A program made the position numbers and the translations under genes. The notes beneath the pieces were generated by a model that saw only the letters and a program-made list of their open reading frames with translations, searched no databases and was not told where the DNA came from. From Eledone cirrhosa (lineage: Eukaryota), in contig OZ024758.1 in the NCBI GenBank assembly GCA_964016885.1, positions 33,170,001-33,234,000 of the forward strand: 64,000 bases of DNA, read 5' to 3'. Shown piece after piece: positions 11,490 through 24,235 of this stretch (its first letter is position 1; every line of letters begins with the position of its first letter).

Positions 11490-14400
11490 GTATACCATAA
11501 CTTAATGTTTTGGTAGGGTGTAGTATATACCATAACTAAATGTTTTGGTGGGGTGTAGTATATACCATAACTTAATGTTTTGGTAGGGTGTAGTATATAC
11601 CATAACTAAATGTTTTGGTGGGGTGTAGTATACACCATAACTAAATGTTTTGGTGGGGTGCAGTATATACCATAACTAAATGTTTTGGTGGGGTGCAGTA
11701 TACACCATAACTAAATGTTTTGGTGGGGTGTAGTATACATCATAACTAAATGTTTTGGTGGGGTGCAGTATATACCATAACTAAATGTTTTGGTGGGGTG
11801 CAGTATACATCATAACTAAATGTTTTGGTGGGGTGCAGTATATACCATAACTAAATGTTTTGGTGGGGTGCAGTATACACCATAACTAAATGTTTTGGTG
11901 GGGTGCAGTATACATCATAACAAAATGTTTTGGTGGGGTGCAGTATACATCATAAATAAATGTTTTGGTGGGGTGCAGTATATACCATAACTAAATGTTT
12001 TGGTGGGGTGCAGTATACACCATAACTAAATGTTTTGGTGGGGTGCAGTATACATCATAACTAAATGTTTTGGTGGGGTGCAGTATACACCATAACTAAA
12101 TGTTTTGGTGGGGTGCAGTATACACCATAACTAAATGTTTTGGTGGGGTGAAGTATATACCATAACTAAATGTTTTGGTGGGGTGCAGTATACACCATAA
12201 CTAAATGTTTTGGTGGGGTGCAGTATACATCATAACTAAATGTTTTGGTGGGGTGCAGTATATACCATAACTAAATGTTTTGGTGGGGTGCAGTATATAC
12301 CATAACTAAATGTTTTGGTGGGGTGCAGTATACACCATAACTAAATGTTTTGGTGGGGTGCAGTATACACCATAACTAAATGTTTTGGTGGGGTGCAGTA
12401 TATACCATAACTAAATGTTTTGGTGGGGTGCAGTATACACCATAACTAAATGTTTTGGTGGGGTGCAGTATACACCATAACTAAATGTTTTGGTGGGGTG
12501 CAGTATATACCATAACTAAATGTTTTGGTGGGGTGCAGTATACACCATAACTAAATGTTTTGGTGGGGTGCAGTATACATCATAACTAAATGTTTTGGTG
12601 TGGTGCAGTATATACCATAACTAAATGTTTTGGTGGGGTGCAGTATATACCATAACTAAATGTTTTGGTGGGGTGCAGTATACACCATAACTAAATGTTT
12701 TGGTGGGGTGCAGTATACACCATAACTAAATGTTTTGGTGGGGTGCAGTATATACCATAACTAAATGTTTTGGTGGGGTGCAGTATATACCATAACTAAA
12801 TGTTTTGGTGGGGTGCAGTATACATCATAACTAAATGTTTTGGTGGGGTGCAGTATATACCATAACTAAATGTTTTGGTGGGGTGCAGTATATACCATAA
12901 CTAAATGTTTTGGTGGGGTGCAGTATATACCATAACTAAATGTTTTGGTGGGGTGCAGTATATACCATAACTAAATGTTTTGGTGGGGTGCAGTATACAT
13001 CATAACTAAATGTTTTGGTGGGGTGCAGTATATACCATAACTAAATGTTTTGGTGGGGTGCAGTATACACCATAACTAAATGTTTTGGTGGGGTGCAGTA
13101 TATACCATAACTAAATGTTTTGGTGGGGTGCAGTATACACCATAACTAAATGTTTTGGTGGGGTGTAGTATATAGCATAACTAAATGTTTTGGTGGGGTG
13201 CAGTATACACCATAACTAAATGTTTTGGTGGGGTGCAGTATATACCATAACTAAATGTTTTGGTGGGGTGCAGTATACACCATAACTAAATGTTTTGGTG
13301 GGGTGCAGTATATACCATAACTAAATGTTTGGGTGGGGTGCAGTATACACCATAACTAAATGTTTTGGTGGGGTGCAGTATACATCATAACTAAATGTTT
13401 TGGTGGGGTGCAGTATACACCATAACTAAATGTTTTGGTGGGGTGCAGTATATACCATAACTAAATGTTTTGGTGGGGTGCAGTATACACCATAACTAAA
13501 TGTTTTGGTGGGGTGCAGTATATACCATAACTAAATGTTTTGGTGGGGTGCAGTATACACCATAACTAAATGTTTTGGTGGGGTGCAGTATACATCATAA
13601 CTAAATGTTTTGGTGGGGTGCAGTATACACCATAACTAAATGTTTTGGTGGGGTGCAGTAGACATCATAACTAAATGTTTTGGTGGGGTGCAGTATACAC
13701 CATAACTAAATGTTTTGGTGGGGTGCAGTATATACCATAACTAAATGTTTTGGTGGGGTGCAGTATATACCATAACTAAATGTTTTGGTGGGGTGCAGTA
13801 TACACCATAACTAAATGTTTTGGTGGGGTGCAGTATATACCATAACTAAATGTTTTGGTGGGGTGCAGTATACATCATAACTAAATGTTTTGGTGGGGTG
13901 CAGTATACATCATAACTAAATGTTTTGGTGGGGTGCAGTATATACCATAACTAAATGTTTTGGTGGGGTGCAGTATATACCATAACTAAATGTTTTGGTG
14001 GGGTGCAGTATACACCATAACTAAATGTTTTGGTTGGGTGCAGTATACACCATAACTAAATGTTTTGGTGGGGTGCAGTATATACCATAACTAAATGTTT
14101 TGGTGGGGTGCAGTATACACCATAACTAAATGTTTTGGTGGGGTGCAGTATATACCATAACTAAATGTTTTGGTGGGGTGCAGTATAAACCATAACTAAA
14201 TGTTTTGGTGGGGTGCAGTATACATCATAACTAAATGTTTTGGTGTGGTGCAGTATATACCATAACTAAATGTTTTGGTGGGGTGCAGTATATACCATAA
14301 CTAAATGTTTTGGTGGGGTGCAGTATACACCATAACTAAATGTTTTGGTGGGGTGCAGTATACACCATAACTAAATGTTTTGGTGGGGTGCAGTATATAC

Positions 14401-16236
14401 CATAACTAAATGTTTTGGTGGGGTGCAGTATATACCATAACTAAATGTTTTGGTGGGGTGCAGTATACATCATAACTAAATGTTTTGGTGGGGTGCAGTA
14501 TATACCATAACTAAATGTTTTGGTGGGGTGCAGTATATACCATAACTAAATGTTTTGGTGGGGTGCAGTATATACCATAACTAAATGTTTTGGTGGGGTG
14601 CAGTATATACCATAACTAAATGTTTTGGTGGGGTGCAGTATACATCATAACTAAATGTTTTGGTGGGGTGCAGTATATACCATAACTAAATGTTTTGGTG
14701 GGGTGCAGTATACACCATAACTAAATGTTTTGGTGGGGTGCAGTATATACCATAACTAAATGTTTTGGTGGGGTGCAGTATACACCATAACTAAATGTTT
14801 TGGTGGGGTGTAGTATATAGCATAACTAAATGTTTTGGTGGGGTGCAGTATACACCATAACTAAATGTTTTGGTGGGGTGCAGTATATACCATAACTAAA
14901 TGTTTTGGTGGGGTGCAGTATACACCATAACTAAATGTTTTGGTGGGGTGCAGTATATACCATAACTAAATGTTTTGGTGGGGTGCAGTATACACCATAA
15001 CTAAATGTTTTGGTGGGGTGCAGTATATACCATAACTAAATGTTTGGGTGGGGTGCAGTATACACCATAACTAAATGTTTTGGTGGGGTGCAGTATACAT
15101 CATAACTAAATGTTTTGGTGGGGTGCAGTATACACCATAACTAAATGTTTTGGTGGGGTGCAGTAGACATCATAACTAAATGTTTTGGTGGGGTGCAGTA
15201 TACACCATAACTAAATGTTTTGGTGGGGTGCAGTATATACCATAACTAAATGTTTTGGTGGGGTGCAGTAGACATCATAACTAAATGTTTTGGTGGGGTG
15301 CAGTATACACCATAACTAAATGTTTTGGTGGGGTGCAGTATATACCATAACTAAATGTTTTGGTGGGGTGCAGTATATACCATAACTAAATGTTTTGGTG
15401 GGGTGCAGTATACACCATAACTAAATGTTTTGGTGGGGTGCAGTATATACCATAACTAAATGTTTTGGTGGGGTGCAGTATACATCATAACTAAATGTTT
15501 TGGTGGGGTGCAGTAGACATCATAACTAAATGTTTTGGTGGGGTGCAGTATATACCATAACTAAATGTTTTGGTGGGGTGCAGTATACATCATAACTAAA
15601 TGTTTTGGTGGGGTGCAGTATATACCATAACTAAATGTTTTGGTGGGGTGCAGTATATACCATAACTAAATGTTTTGGTGGGGTGCAGTAGACATCATAA
15701 CTAAATGTTTTGGTGGGGTGCAGTAGACATCATAACTAAATGTTTTGGTGGGGTGCAGTATACACCATAACTAAATGTTTTGGTGGGGTGCAGTATATAC
15801 CATAACTAAATGTTTTAGTGGGGTGCAGTATATACCATAACTAAATGTTTTGGTGGGGTGCAGTAGACATCATAACTAAATGTTTTGGTGGGGTGCAGTA
15901 TACATCATAACTAAATGTTTTGGTGGGGTGCAGTATACACCATAACTAAATGTTTTGGTGGGGTGCAGTATATACCATAACTAAATGTTTTGGTGGGGTG
16001 CAGTATACATCATAACTAAATGTTTTGGTGGGGTGCAGTATACATCATAACTAAATGTTTTGGTGGGGTGCAGTATACATCATAACTAAATGTTTTGGTG
16101 GGGTGCAGTATACACCATAACTAAATGTTTTGGTGGGGTGCAGTATACACCATAACTAAATGTTTTGGTGGGGTGCAGTATACATCATAACTAAATGTTT
16201 TGGTGGGGTGCAGTATACACCATAACTAAATGTTTA
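11490..16236. repeat. 35-bp satellite, right arm, ~135 copies
   Basis: 35-bp periodicity, very homogeneous. Confidence 0.98.
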
Positions 16237-16534
16237 TACACCAAAACTAGGCTTTTTCAGACATTTTTCTGGTCAAAACCAGGTGTGTTATACATGAACA
16301 CATGCAGTATATGGAAGAATATGGTATGTTAAAAACTGTAAAGCACAAAAACCTCTTAATTAAATAAATTCTAATTAATATTTATGGTAGAATCTATCAT
16401 CATCATCATTTTTGTCTGTTTTTGCAGACATCAGTTGAATGAGTCCCTTTTTATCACAACATCTCTCATCGTATATCTGATTTAACATCACTGATGTATT
16501 CTATTTATAGAAATAAAGATATTATTAAAATAAT

Positions 16535-16795
16535 TGTTATTACTTTTGGCATAAGGCCAGCAATTACCCAGTGCATTACTGGTACTTTATTTTATCGACC
16601 CCGTAAGGATGAAAGGCAAAGTTAACCTCGGCGGGATTTGAACTCAGAATGGCAAGGGCCGTAACTCTATGTGTCAAAGCATGGCGTCCGACCCTCTACC
16701 GATACTGCCAATCCACCGCCAAGATGTTATTAAAATAATTGTTTATACTTTAGGCACAAGGCCAGCAAATACCCAGTGCATTACTGGTACTTTAT
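16535..16795 (-). mobile_element. Full-length SINE (16540-16720) plus an adjacent 3' fragment (16735-16795)
   Basis: Reverse complement: ggcggtggattggcagtatcggtagag (A box) ..gagttcaaatcccgccgagg (B box) ..central domain. Confidence 0.88.
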
Positions 16796-17277
16796 TAAAA
16801 TAATGATGGTCGTTGTGTGGTGGTGGTTGGGTGGTGGCGGTGGTGGTTGGATGGTAGGGGTGGTGGCAACAGCAATATTAGGGATTGTAGCAGCATAGAT
16901 ATAAGCGATTTCAAAAATAAATCTATTCTGTGAATTTATTCTCTGGGATCTTTGATAGTGACAAAAATAAGGAAAATATGTTTCTATTTTTTGAGAAGAA
17001 TATCAAAGCAAAATGTGAGGAGTCTAATAACAAAATGGCTATTGAATATTCATGTAAAATGAACTGATAAAAATTTAACTGCAAGAATTACTAAATACGA
17101 TGCAATATGTCAGTGTTTCTTCCTAAATTTAACATGTCTGTAGGATAAAGATGATAACAAGAAAATTATAAAATGGGTGCGAAGTCAGCTAAAAGTTGAC
17201 TTGTGTATTAAACTGACTTTTAATAAAGCAAGCCCACATGAATATAAATTAAAATTAGGAATATTCTGGAAGAAAAT

Positions 17278-17615
17278 TGCAGTGGATTGGCAGTATGGGT
17301 AGATTGGCAGTATTGGATCTTTACAAGTATATAGTTACAGCCCTTTACATTCTGAGTTCAAATCCCACTGAGGTTAGCTTTGCCTTTCATCTTTACAAAG
17401 TCGAATAAAACGAAGTACCAGTAACGCATTGTGGTTGATTTAATCAACTTTCCCCTCCTATCAAATTGTTGGCCTTGTGCCTAAATCAGAAACCATTATT
17501 ACAATCCTTACGGAATTGAATAAAATGAAGTACCAGTAACACATTGGGGGCGATTTAATTAACTTACCCCTTCCCTTCAAATTGTTGGCCTTGTGCCAAA
17601 AGTAGAAACAATTAT
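17278..17615 (+). mobile_element. SINE plus tandem partial 3' copy
   Basis: Same head, B box and central domain as the other copies. Confidence 0.82.
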
Positions 17616-17789
17616 TGAAATACAATTTTTATATTTCATTAATATATTTTGCATTTTAACCGTTTATTAAAATATGATAGATGAGGTAAGCAATTTTTAA
17701 AAAAAAAATGTCTTTTCCTTACCCTTTTGTCAATTAACTTTCTTAATTTGAATAAAAGTCTTAGCCAAATATTACTTTTATTGTCAACT

Positions 17790-18265
17790 AGGTTACGATC
17801 TGCTTCAGTAGATGTGTAATACTAATATACATGAACTGAGAGAGAAAATTGGCATAAGAGAGATCAGATGCAGTGTGCAGGAGAGGAAATTGCATTGGTA
17901 TGGACATCTTATGCATATGAAGGATGACAGCTGTATAAAAAGGTGCAGGGTGCTCAAAGCTGAAGGAGGCTATGGTATAGGAAGACTTAGGATGAGCTGA
18001 TCTTGCATAATGGAGATGACACAGGATTGATATCTCTGGCATTATGCAGTAATACAGAAGACCCGCCTTTCCATCTGCACAGGTTGAAGCTTACATCTAG
18101 TATACACCACTTTCCCCTACCTCCTACATCCTAACACACCACCTTTCCTCCACACACCCCACCCTAGATCTACCTCTACAATCCCCACACACCTCCCCCC
18201 ACCCCAGCCCCCAGTCCACACTGTAAAGTTGTCGTTTTGGTGACTCAACAAAAAGCACCCAGCCC
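17790..18265 (+). mobile_element. Decayed RTE-clade LINE 3' fragment with 3' UTR
   Basis: LREKIGI..VQERKLHWYGHLMHM..GR motif. UTR gcagtaatacagaagacccgcc is shared with 55720-56150 (-) and 62940. Confidence 0.78.
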
Positions 18266-18984
18266 AACTAATTTAGAAACCCTATCACAAAAGACATTTC
18301 AACATAATTTTATATACAATACATAATTTTATGTTAAGTTACAATTTTAGTAATAAAATAATTTATTTTAGAAAATTCCTCACAATTTTTCATTAATTGA
18401 AATAGAATGTATTTTCTAAGATATACAGTAACAAAAAGGTTAAATGTTTTGGTATCTGTTCAAGTTCTTAACTTCAAATTTTTACTTTTCATAATTCTTG
18501 AGTTGACAAATATAGAACCAATTCAGGAGCAGTGAATTGGCAGAATTGTGAAGGCATCGGGCAGATTATTTTGTAGTATCTATTCCAGTTATATGCATTC
18601 AGAGTTCAAATGTCACCTTCTAACATAAAAAAAGCAGTGATGCTTCTGCCAGGAGTTGTGCTCAGCAGATAATATCAACAGTGGAAACATAATTTCCTTT
18701 GCCTGATCTGAGGATCAGCTTCTTTCTGTTTTCTTTAGCCAGCCACGTACTGGCTGCTTCATTGGCTCAACATAAAAGCAAGTTTTTGTTGCTGTTATTC
18801 CAATAGAGTTCAACACTGATTAAAGGCATAGAACACATTATCTAAAGAGTTCTTTTTAAAGGAGGTAATGTATAATTTGATGGAGATTTGATTGCTATTT
18901 CTAGCAGACTAAGTGATAATATAGAGGCTCTCTCTGATCTAAGATGTCTCTGTATATGAACCAATACCTACTAATGGAGTCGTG

Positions 18985-19275
18985 TTGGTGACATTGTGAC
19001 ATACAGCATGTCTTGGGCACATTAAACCTGGTGGAGCTGATCCCCTTTCCAGGTTTGAACACAACCGATTTCTTCCAGAGGAGAGAGTGAGAGAGTGGAA
19101 GTAAGAAAGAGATATAGAGGAAGAGAAAGCATCAATCCAAGTACTGGAATAGTATTTTTTTTTATCAACCTCGAAAGGATGAAAAGTAAAGTTGACCATG
19201 GCAAGATCTGAACTCAGAGCATAGAACCAAAGCAAATATCACAAAGCATTCTATCCAACAATCTAATGGCTCTCA
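18985..19275 (-). mobile_element. SINE, long-tail subfamily
   Basis: Homologous to 50430-50745. Confidence 0.8.
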
Positions 19276-19630
19276 ACTATAATACAAAAGAAAAAAAGAA
19301 ATTATTAATCCTAATCTTCTCAACTTCATTTCTATGTTATAAATAATCTATGCTATAGATTATTCCTTCCTTTACATTATTATTGTTTCTAGTTTTTCCA
19401 TTATTTTTAGAGCAGTGAAGATGTCACAGAATACAGTGACCTATTTCATAGATCTATTCATTCAAACATGACAATACTTTCTCTGCAGAGACACAAACAT
19501 TACATTTCTTTATTCTCATTTGAAAGCAATATCAACCAATGAGAAACTATATACATAAATATGTATGTATATATATATATATAATTCAATGATATTAAAT
19601 AAATGGAAATTGTATTTATAAAACCATATT

Positions 19631-19695
19631 TATTTTATTATATATATTTCAAGGGCAACCAAGACAACATTGGTACGCTTTCATCAGATAAAATA
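19631..19695 (-). ncRNA. Type I hammerhead ribozyme in the sense pLTR of the PLE
   Basis: tattttat-CTGATGA-aagcgtaccaatgttgtcttggttgccctt-GAAA-tatata-TA-ataaaata (8-bp stem I, palindromic stem III). Confidence 0.8.
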
Positions 19696-20879
19696 CAAAG
19701 TTTGTTTTATAAATATAGATAGAGACATACCCATGAAAATCATACCTTATCGGTTGGAAATTCACTGGATAGTGGAAATATATTAGGGATTATTCAAACT
19801 TATGTGTGAATATGCAAATGAATATGTAAATAATTGAAAAACAACGGTTTATTTAAATGACACTGGAGAAAGATAGAGAAGAAAGAGAGAGAGAAAAAAT
19901 AAAAAATATTACGAGAGAGATAGAGAGAAGAAATTAACACGAGGATGAATAGAACTTATGTAATGTTAGTATGGGGGAATATATTTTAAGTATATATCTA
20001 CTAATGGTACGTGTATTTACGATTAATTAGTTGTTAAAATTCTTTTCTAATAAAATATTTACTGTTATAAGTAGATAGAAATATAAATATATAGAAAAAT
20101 AGAAAAATAGATAGAAAAATAGATAGAAAATAAATAGAAAAATAAATCAATAAAACAATAAATAGATAAATAGATAAATAGATAAATAAATGGATAGATG
20201 GGTATATCGTGTTATAGATAAATGTTTTAATGAGTTATGAGGGATATTGGTTTATATTTAATGTAAGAAAAATATTAAGTTAAATTAAATTAAGTTAACT
20301 GAGTTAATAAGAATATTTATATTTATATATTGTAAAATGGGAAGATACGGAAAAAACGGAAAGAACTCCAGTTTTGTTTATTTATTCGTTAGAATGAGAC
20401 TATTTTGTCAAAATAAGTATAAATGTTAAAGATATAAATGTTGAAAGATATATTTAGCCTGAATTAGTTAGTGGTTATAAATCTAATAACAGATATTAAA
20501 AATTTTTATTAGAAAATATTAAAAATTCGGGAAAATTAAAAAAAAAAATAATAAAAAATAATTTATAAGAGATAAGTAATTTTTTTTTAAATAAGTAATT
20601 TTTAAAAAATAAGTAATTTTCTAAAAATATATGAAAAATTTAAGAAATAAAAATAAAAAATAAAGAATTAAAAAATAAAGAATAAAGAATTAAAAAATAT
20701 TAAAATTAAAATTAAAATTAAAAATTTAAATTTAAAAATTAGGATCATATATGTATATATTTTAAGAAACTTTAAGAAATGAAATTATAGCAAATATTAT
20801 AGATATGATAACAAAATATTAAAACAGAGTGGATGTGGATAAGATTGTTATGGAAATAAGTGGAAATATTATAAGTGTA

Positions 20880-21995
20880 ATTATATATATAGTTCTAAAT
20901 GTTGAATTCAGGCGATGTCTACAAGAACTAAATAAATTTGTCCTTACATTAATAGAGTTCTTACATTTAAGTATGAAGAAAATTTCCTCAACTCACAATT
21001 TGCAAAATCTAGATAAAGCTGTGTTTCGAAATTATTTCCCAAGTTAAAGAATAGTCCCTATTTTTGCATTATAAGTTCCATATCAGGTTTGAAAGATATT
21101 GAAGATTTTTTATCAAGTCTTTGGAAAGAGCATTTGTGATTATTCCAACGACTTTTAAATTCTGTAGAAGTTGCACCTACATAGTTAAATATATTATCAT
21201 TGGTTTTGACTCTGCATTTATAGACCGCGTCCTTATCTAAACTCTTATTTTTTTAAAGGAGAGTTTAATTTAATTCTACAGTTACATTTTGCGGAGTTGA
21301 TGTTATTTGGAATGGTACTATTATGTTGGATGTTGCTAGAGATATTACTGCTATTTTGGTTATGGTATAAATTTCTATTATTGATTCTATTTATATTTTG
21401 TGCTATGTTCATAGTAGTAGAGTAAGATAGTGTGGTATCTATGGGCTTTAGGAAAACATTTATCTAGTGCTTTAAAGAATAACTTTGCTAAAGGTGTTTT
21501 AACGCTTAATGAGAATGGGGGTGAGTACCAAATAATATTTCTAGTTCTATTTCTTCTGTTAGTTTTAGAGTTTAAGTTAGATTTTTTATTGTAATTATAA
21601 TTAATAGTTGGGTTATTTGCCTTATCACTGTTGTCGATGTATTTAATCTTATTTATATAGCCTGCTCTATTTAAAGCTTCATTATAATATCGTCAAAAAT
21701 GTTTTTATTAGCGGAGATGCATGAAATACGTTGTTGGATAGAATTTACAATAGTGTTCTTGATAGATCTAGGATGATTGGAGTTAAAACTTACATAGTTT
21801 AGATTCTCATTAATTTTATGGAATGAATAGTAGAGCCTGGTGCTAAGGTTTAATGTTACGTCTAAAAAGTTAACAATTTTATAGTTATTCTCTATTTCTA
21901 ACTTAAGGTTGTAGCTGTTAAAAATTATTGATTTTCTTTTTCTATTAATTTCACAATTACTATGATTGTCAATTAAAAGCAGCATATCATCATGG
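20880..21995 (-). pseudogene. PLE polyprotein remnant: RT C-terminus/thumb, CxC linker, GIY-YIG endonuclease
   Basis: HDDMLL..VNFLDVTLNL..YVSFNSNHPRSI, CNCRIKLNSP, AVYKCRV..NYVGATSTEFKSRWNNHKCSF, CKL*VEE..NVRTNLFSSCRH, with stops and frameshifts. Confidence 0.9.
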
Positions 21996-22604
21996 TGATG
22001 ACGTTTTTGCTGTATCTTCCCATTTTAAAATATATAAATATAAATATTCTTATTAACTCAGTTAACTTAATTTAATTTTACTTAATATTTTTCTTACATT
22101 AAATACAAACCAATATCCCTCATAACTCATTAAAACATTTATCTATAACACCCATCTATCCATTTATTTATCTATTTATGTATTTATTGTTTTATTGATT
22201 TATTTTTCTATTTATTTTCTATCTATTTTTCTATTTATTTTTCTATCTACTTATAACAGTAAATATTTTATTAGAAAATAATTTTAACAACTAATTAATC
22301 GTAAATACACGTACCATTATATATATACTTAAAATATATTTCCCCGTACTAACGTTACATGAGTTCTATTCATCCTCTTGTTAATTTCTTCTCTCTATCT
22401 CTCTCGAAATATTTTTTTTTTCTCTCTCTTTCTCCAATGTCATTTAAATAAACGGTTGTTTTTCAATTATTTACATATTCATTTGCATATTCACACATAA
22501 GTTTGAATAATCCCTAATATATTTCCCCTATCCAGTGAATTTCCAACCGATAAGGTATGATTTTCATGGGTATGTCTCTCTCTATATTTATAAAACAAAC
22601 TTTG

Positions 22605-22669
22605 TATTTTATCTGATGAAAGCGTACCAATATTGTCTTGGTTGCTCTTGAAATATATATAATAAAATA
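22605..22669 (+). ncRNA. Type I hammerhead ribozyme in the inverted pLTR
   Basis: tattttat-CTGATGA-aagcgtaccaatattgtcttggttgctctt-GAAA-tatata-TA-ataaaata. Confidence 0.8.
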
Positions 22670-22833
22670 AATATGGTTTTATAAATACAGTTTCCATTTA
22701 TTTAATATCATTGAATATTTACTCCACTAACTTGTTGAGTGCTCTAAATCACTTATAAACATTTATGGTTGTCGGACTTCCAACAAAGTAAATAAAACTT
22801 CTACTTATGTATATATATATATATATATATATA

Positions 22834-24134
22834 CAGGAGGCGGACAATATTTGTTCGCAAGATTACTATCTATGAAAAAAAATAACACAGTAGTTTTATT
22901 TTTTAAGATATATTTATCAAAGTTGGGTCAGTTTGTCTTCATGATTTGTTGTTTCGATCTCACTCGATAAACCCGCCATTAGCTTTGATGACGGCCTCAA
23001 GGCGGCCTCGGAACTGGCTACAGGCCTTCGTCACTGTCCCCCAACTTGGACCCCTAAAGGCACTTGTGATCCTGGCCTTCAGATCGTCTTTCGTATTGCA
23101 GCTAGATCTGTTGGTGTCTCGTTCCACTGCGCCCCACACAAAGAAGTCGAGGGGGTTGCCGTCAGGCGAGCTGGGAGGCCAGATGTCAGGTGAAGTGTGG
23201 TCGACGAAGTTCTCTGACAGCCAGGCTTGGGTCTTTCGGCTGGTATGGCAGGGCACTGAGTCTTTCTGCCACACGTACAGCCTACCTGCAGCTACCTGGT
23301 CGATCCAGGGCTTTACCACCTCGCTCAGAACGCGGATGTAGCCATCGGTGTTCAGCTTGAGGCTCTCAGGGAAGAAGTGAGGTGGCAAGACGTCACCTTG
23401 ACTGCTGACGACACCTACGACCAATGTTGTCACTGGAAACTTTGTCTGCATGACTCTCAGCATGTTTTGGGATGAGACAGCGAGCCACCTGTTGTTCTGG
23501 GAGTTGATCTCCTGGTCTTGGCAGAAGTTTTTCTCGTCGGAGAAAAACCACAGCATGTCTGGCTCCAGTGGGTGTTTCAACTTGTTGATCAGCTTCTTTG
23601 CGTGCTTCAGTCGCTTTTCTTGCATCGCCTTTGACAGAAATTGTCCTTTCCTCATCTTGTATGCAATGTAGCAAATGTCTTCATGTACCACCAGCCTAAT
23701 GAGCTTTTCATCCACGCCTTTCTCCCTTGCAATATCACACATCGACTTGCTAGGTTCATTGTTGATGATATCCTGAACTTCAGCGATAAACTCGGGCATT
23801 CTGAAGGCGTCAGATCCTTGATCATGTGTTTTCCTCTCTGATGTAGTCGAATTCTGAATCTTCCAATTCCTTTCTGACCTTTTCCACCATTCTCCTGCTG
23901 ACGCTGATAAAATCTGAAATTTCCTTATTTGTCCTCCTGGCGCGGATTACAAGAAGAACTCTGTGTCTCTTCCACAAATTTGGAGGTTCAAAATTATTCA
24001 TAATCAATTATTCTGAAAATAAATAATGGAAATATAGTCACTGTTTTTATGAAGGCATGAGTGACAACGGAAGTAAAAAAAATTTGCATAAAATTAGCAG
24101 TTGAAAATTGCGAATAAATATCGTCCACACCCTG
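22834..24134 (-). mobile_element. Tc1/mariner DNA transposon, DD37D (maT/mori-type), full length (1.3 kb)
   Basis: Imperfect ~28-bp TIRs (caggaggcggacaatatttgttcgcaa / ttgcgaataaatatcgtccacaccctg), TA on both sides, internal transposase. Confidence 0.93.
22960..24007 (-). pseudogene. DD37D transposase, split by a frameshift near 23800-23825
   Basis: N-terminal HTH ORF (23822-24007) plus a 279-aa ORF with FFSDEK, WQKDSVPCH and WPPSSPDGNPLD; 37 residues between the 2nd and 3rd Asp. Confidence 0.9.
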
Positions 24135-24200
24135 TATATACTATATAAATAACAGTCAAAGTACTTAACTTAATAAATGTTATATATATATGTATATATA

Positions 24201-24235
<35 letters not shown>

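Larger units (their letters stand above)
19585..22806 (-). mobile_element. Penelope-like retroelement (PLE), 5'-truncated, with ~750-bp inverted pseudo-LTRs, inserted in (TA)n
   Basis: Inverted repeats 19585-20357 / 22002-22717 flank a minus-strand RT-thumb + GIY-YIG remnant. Each arm has a hammerhead motif. (TA)n on both sides. Confidence 0.92.

Noticed and set aside
8590-16236. CRISPR-like array (35-bp or 30-bp repeats)
   Set aside because: The units are contiguous with no unique spacers, there are no cas genes, and the context is eukaryotic.
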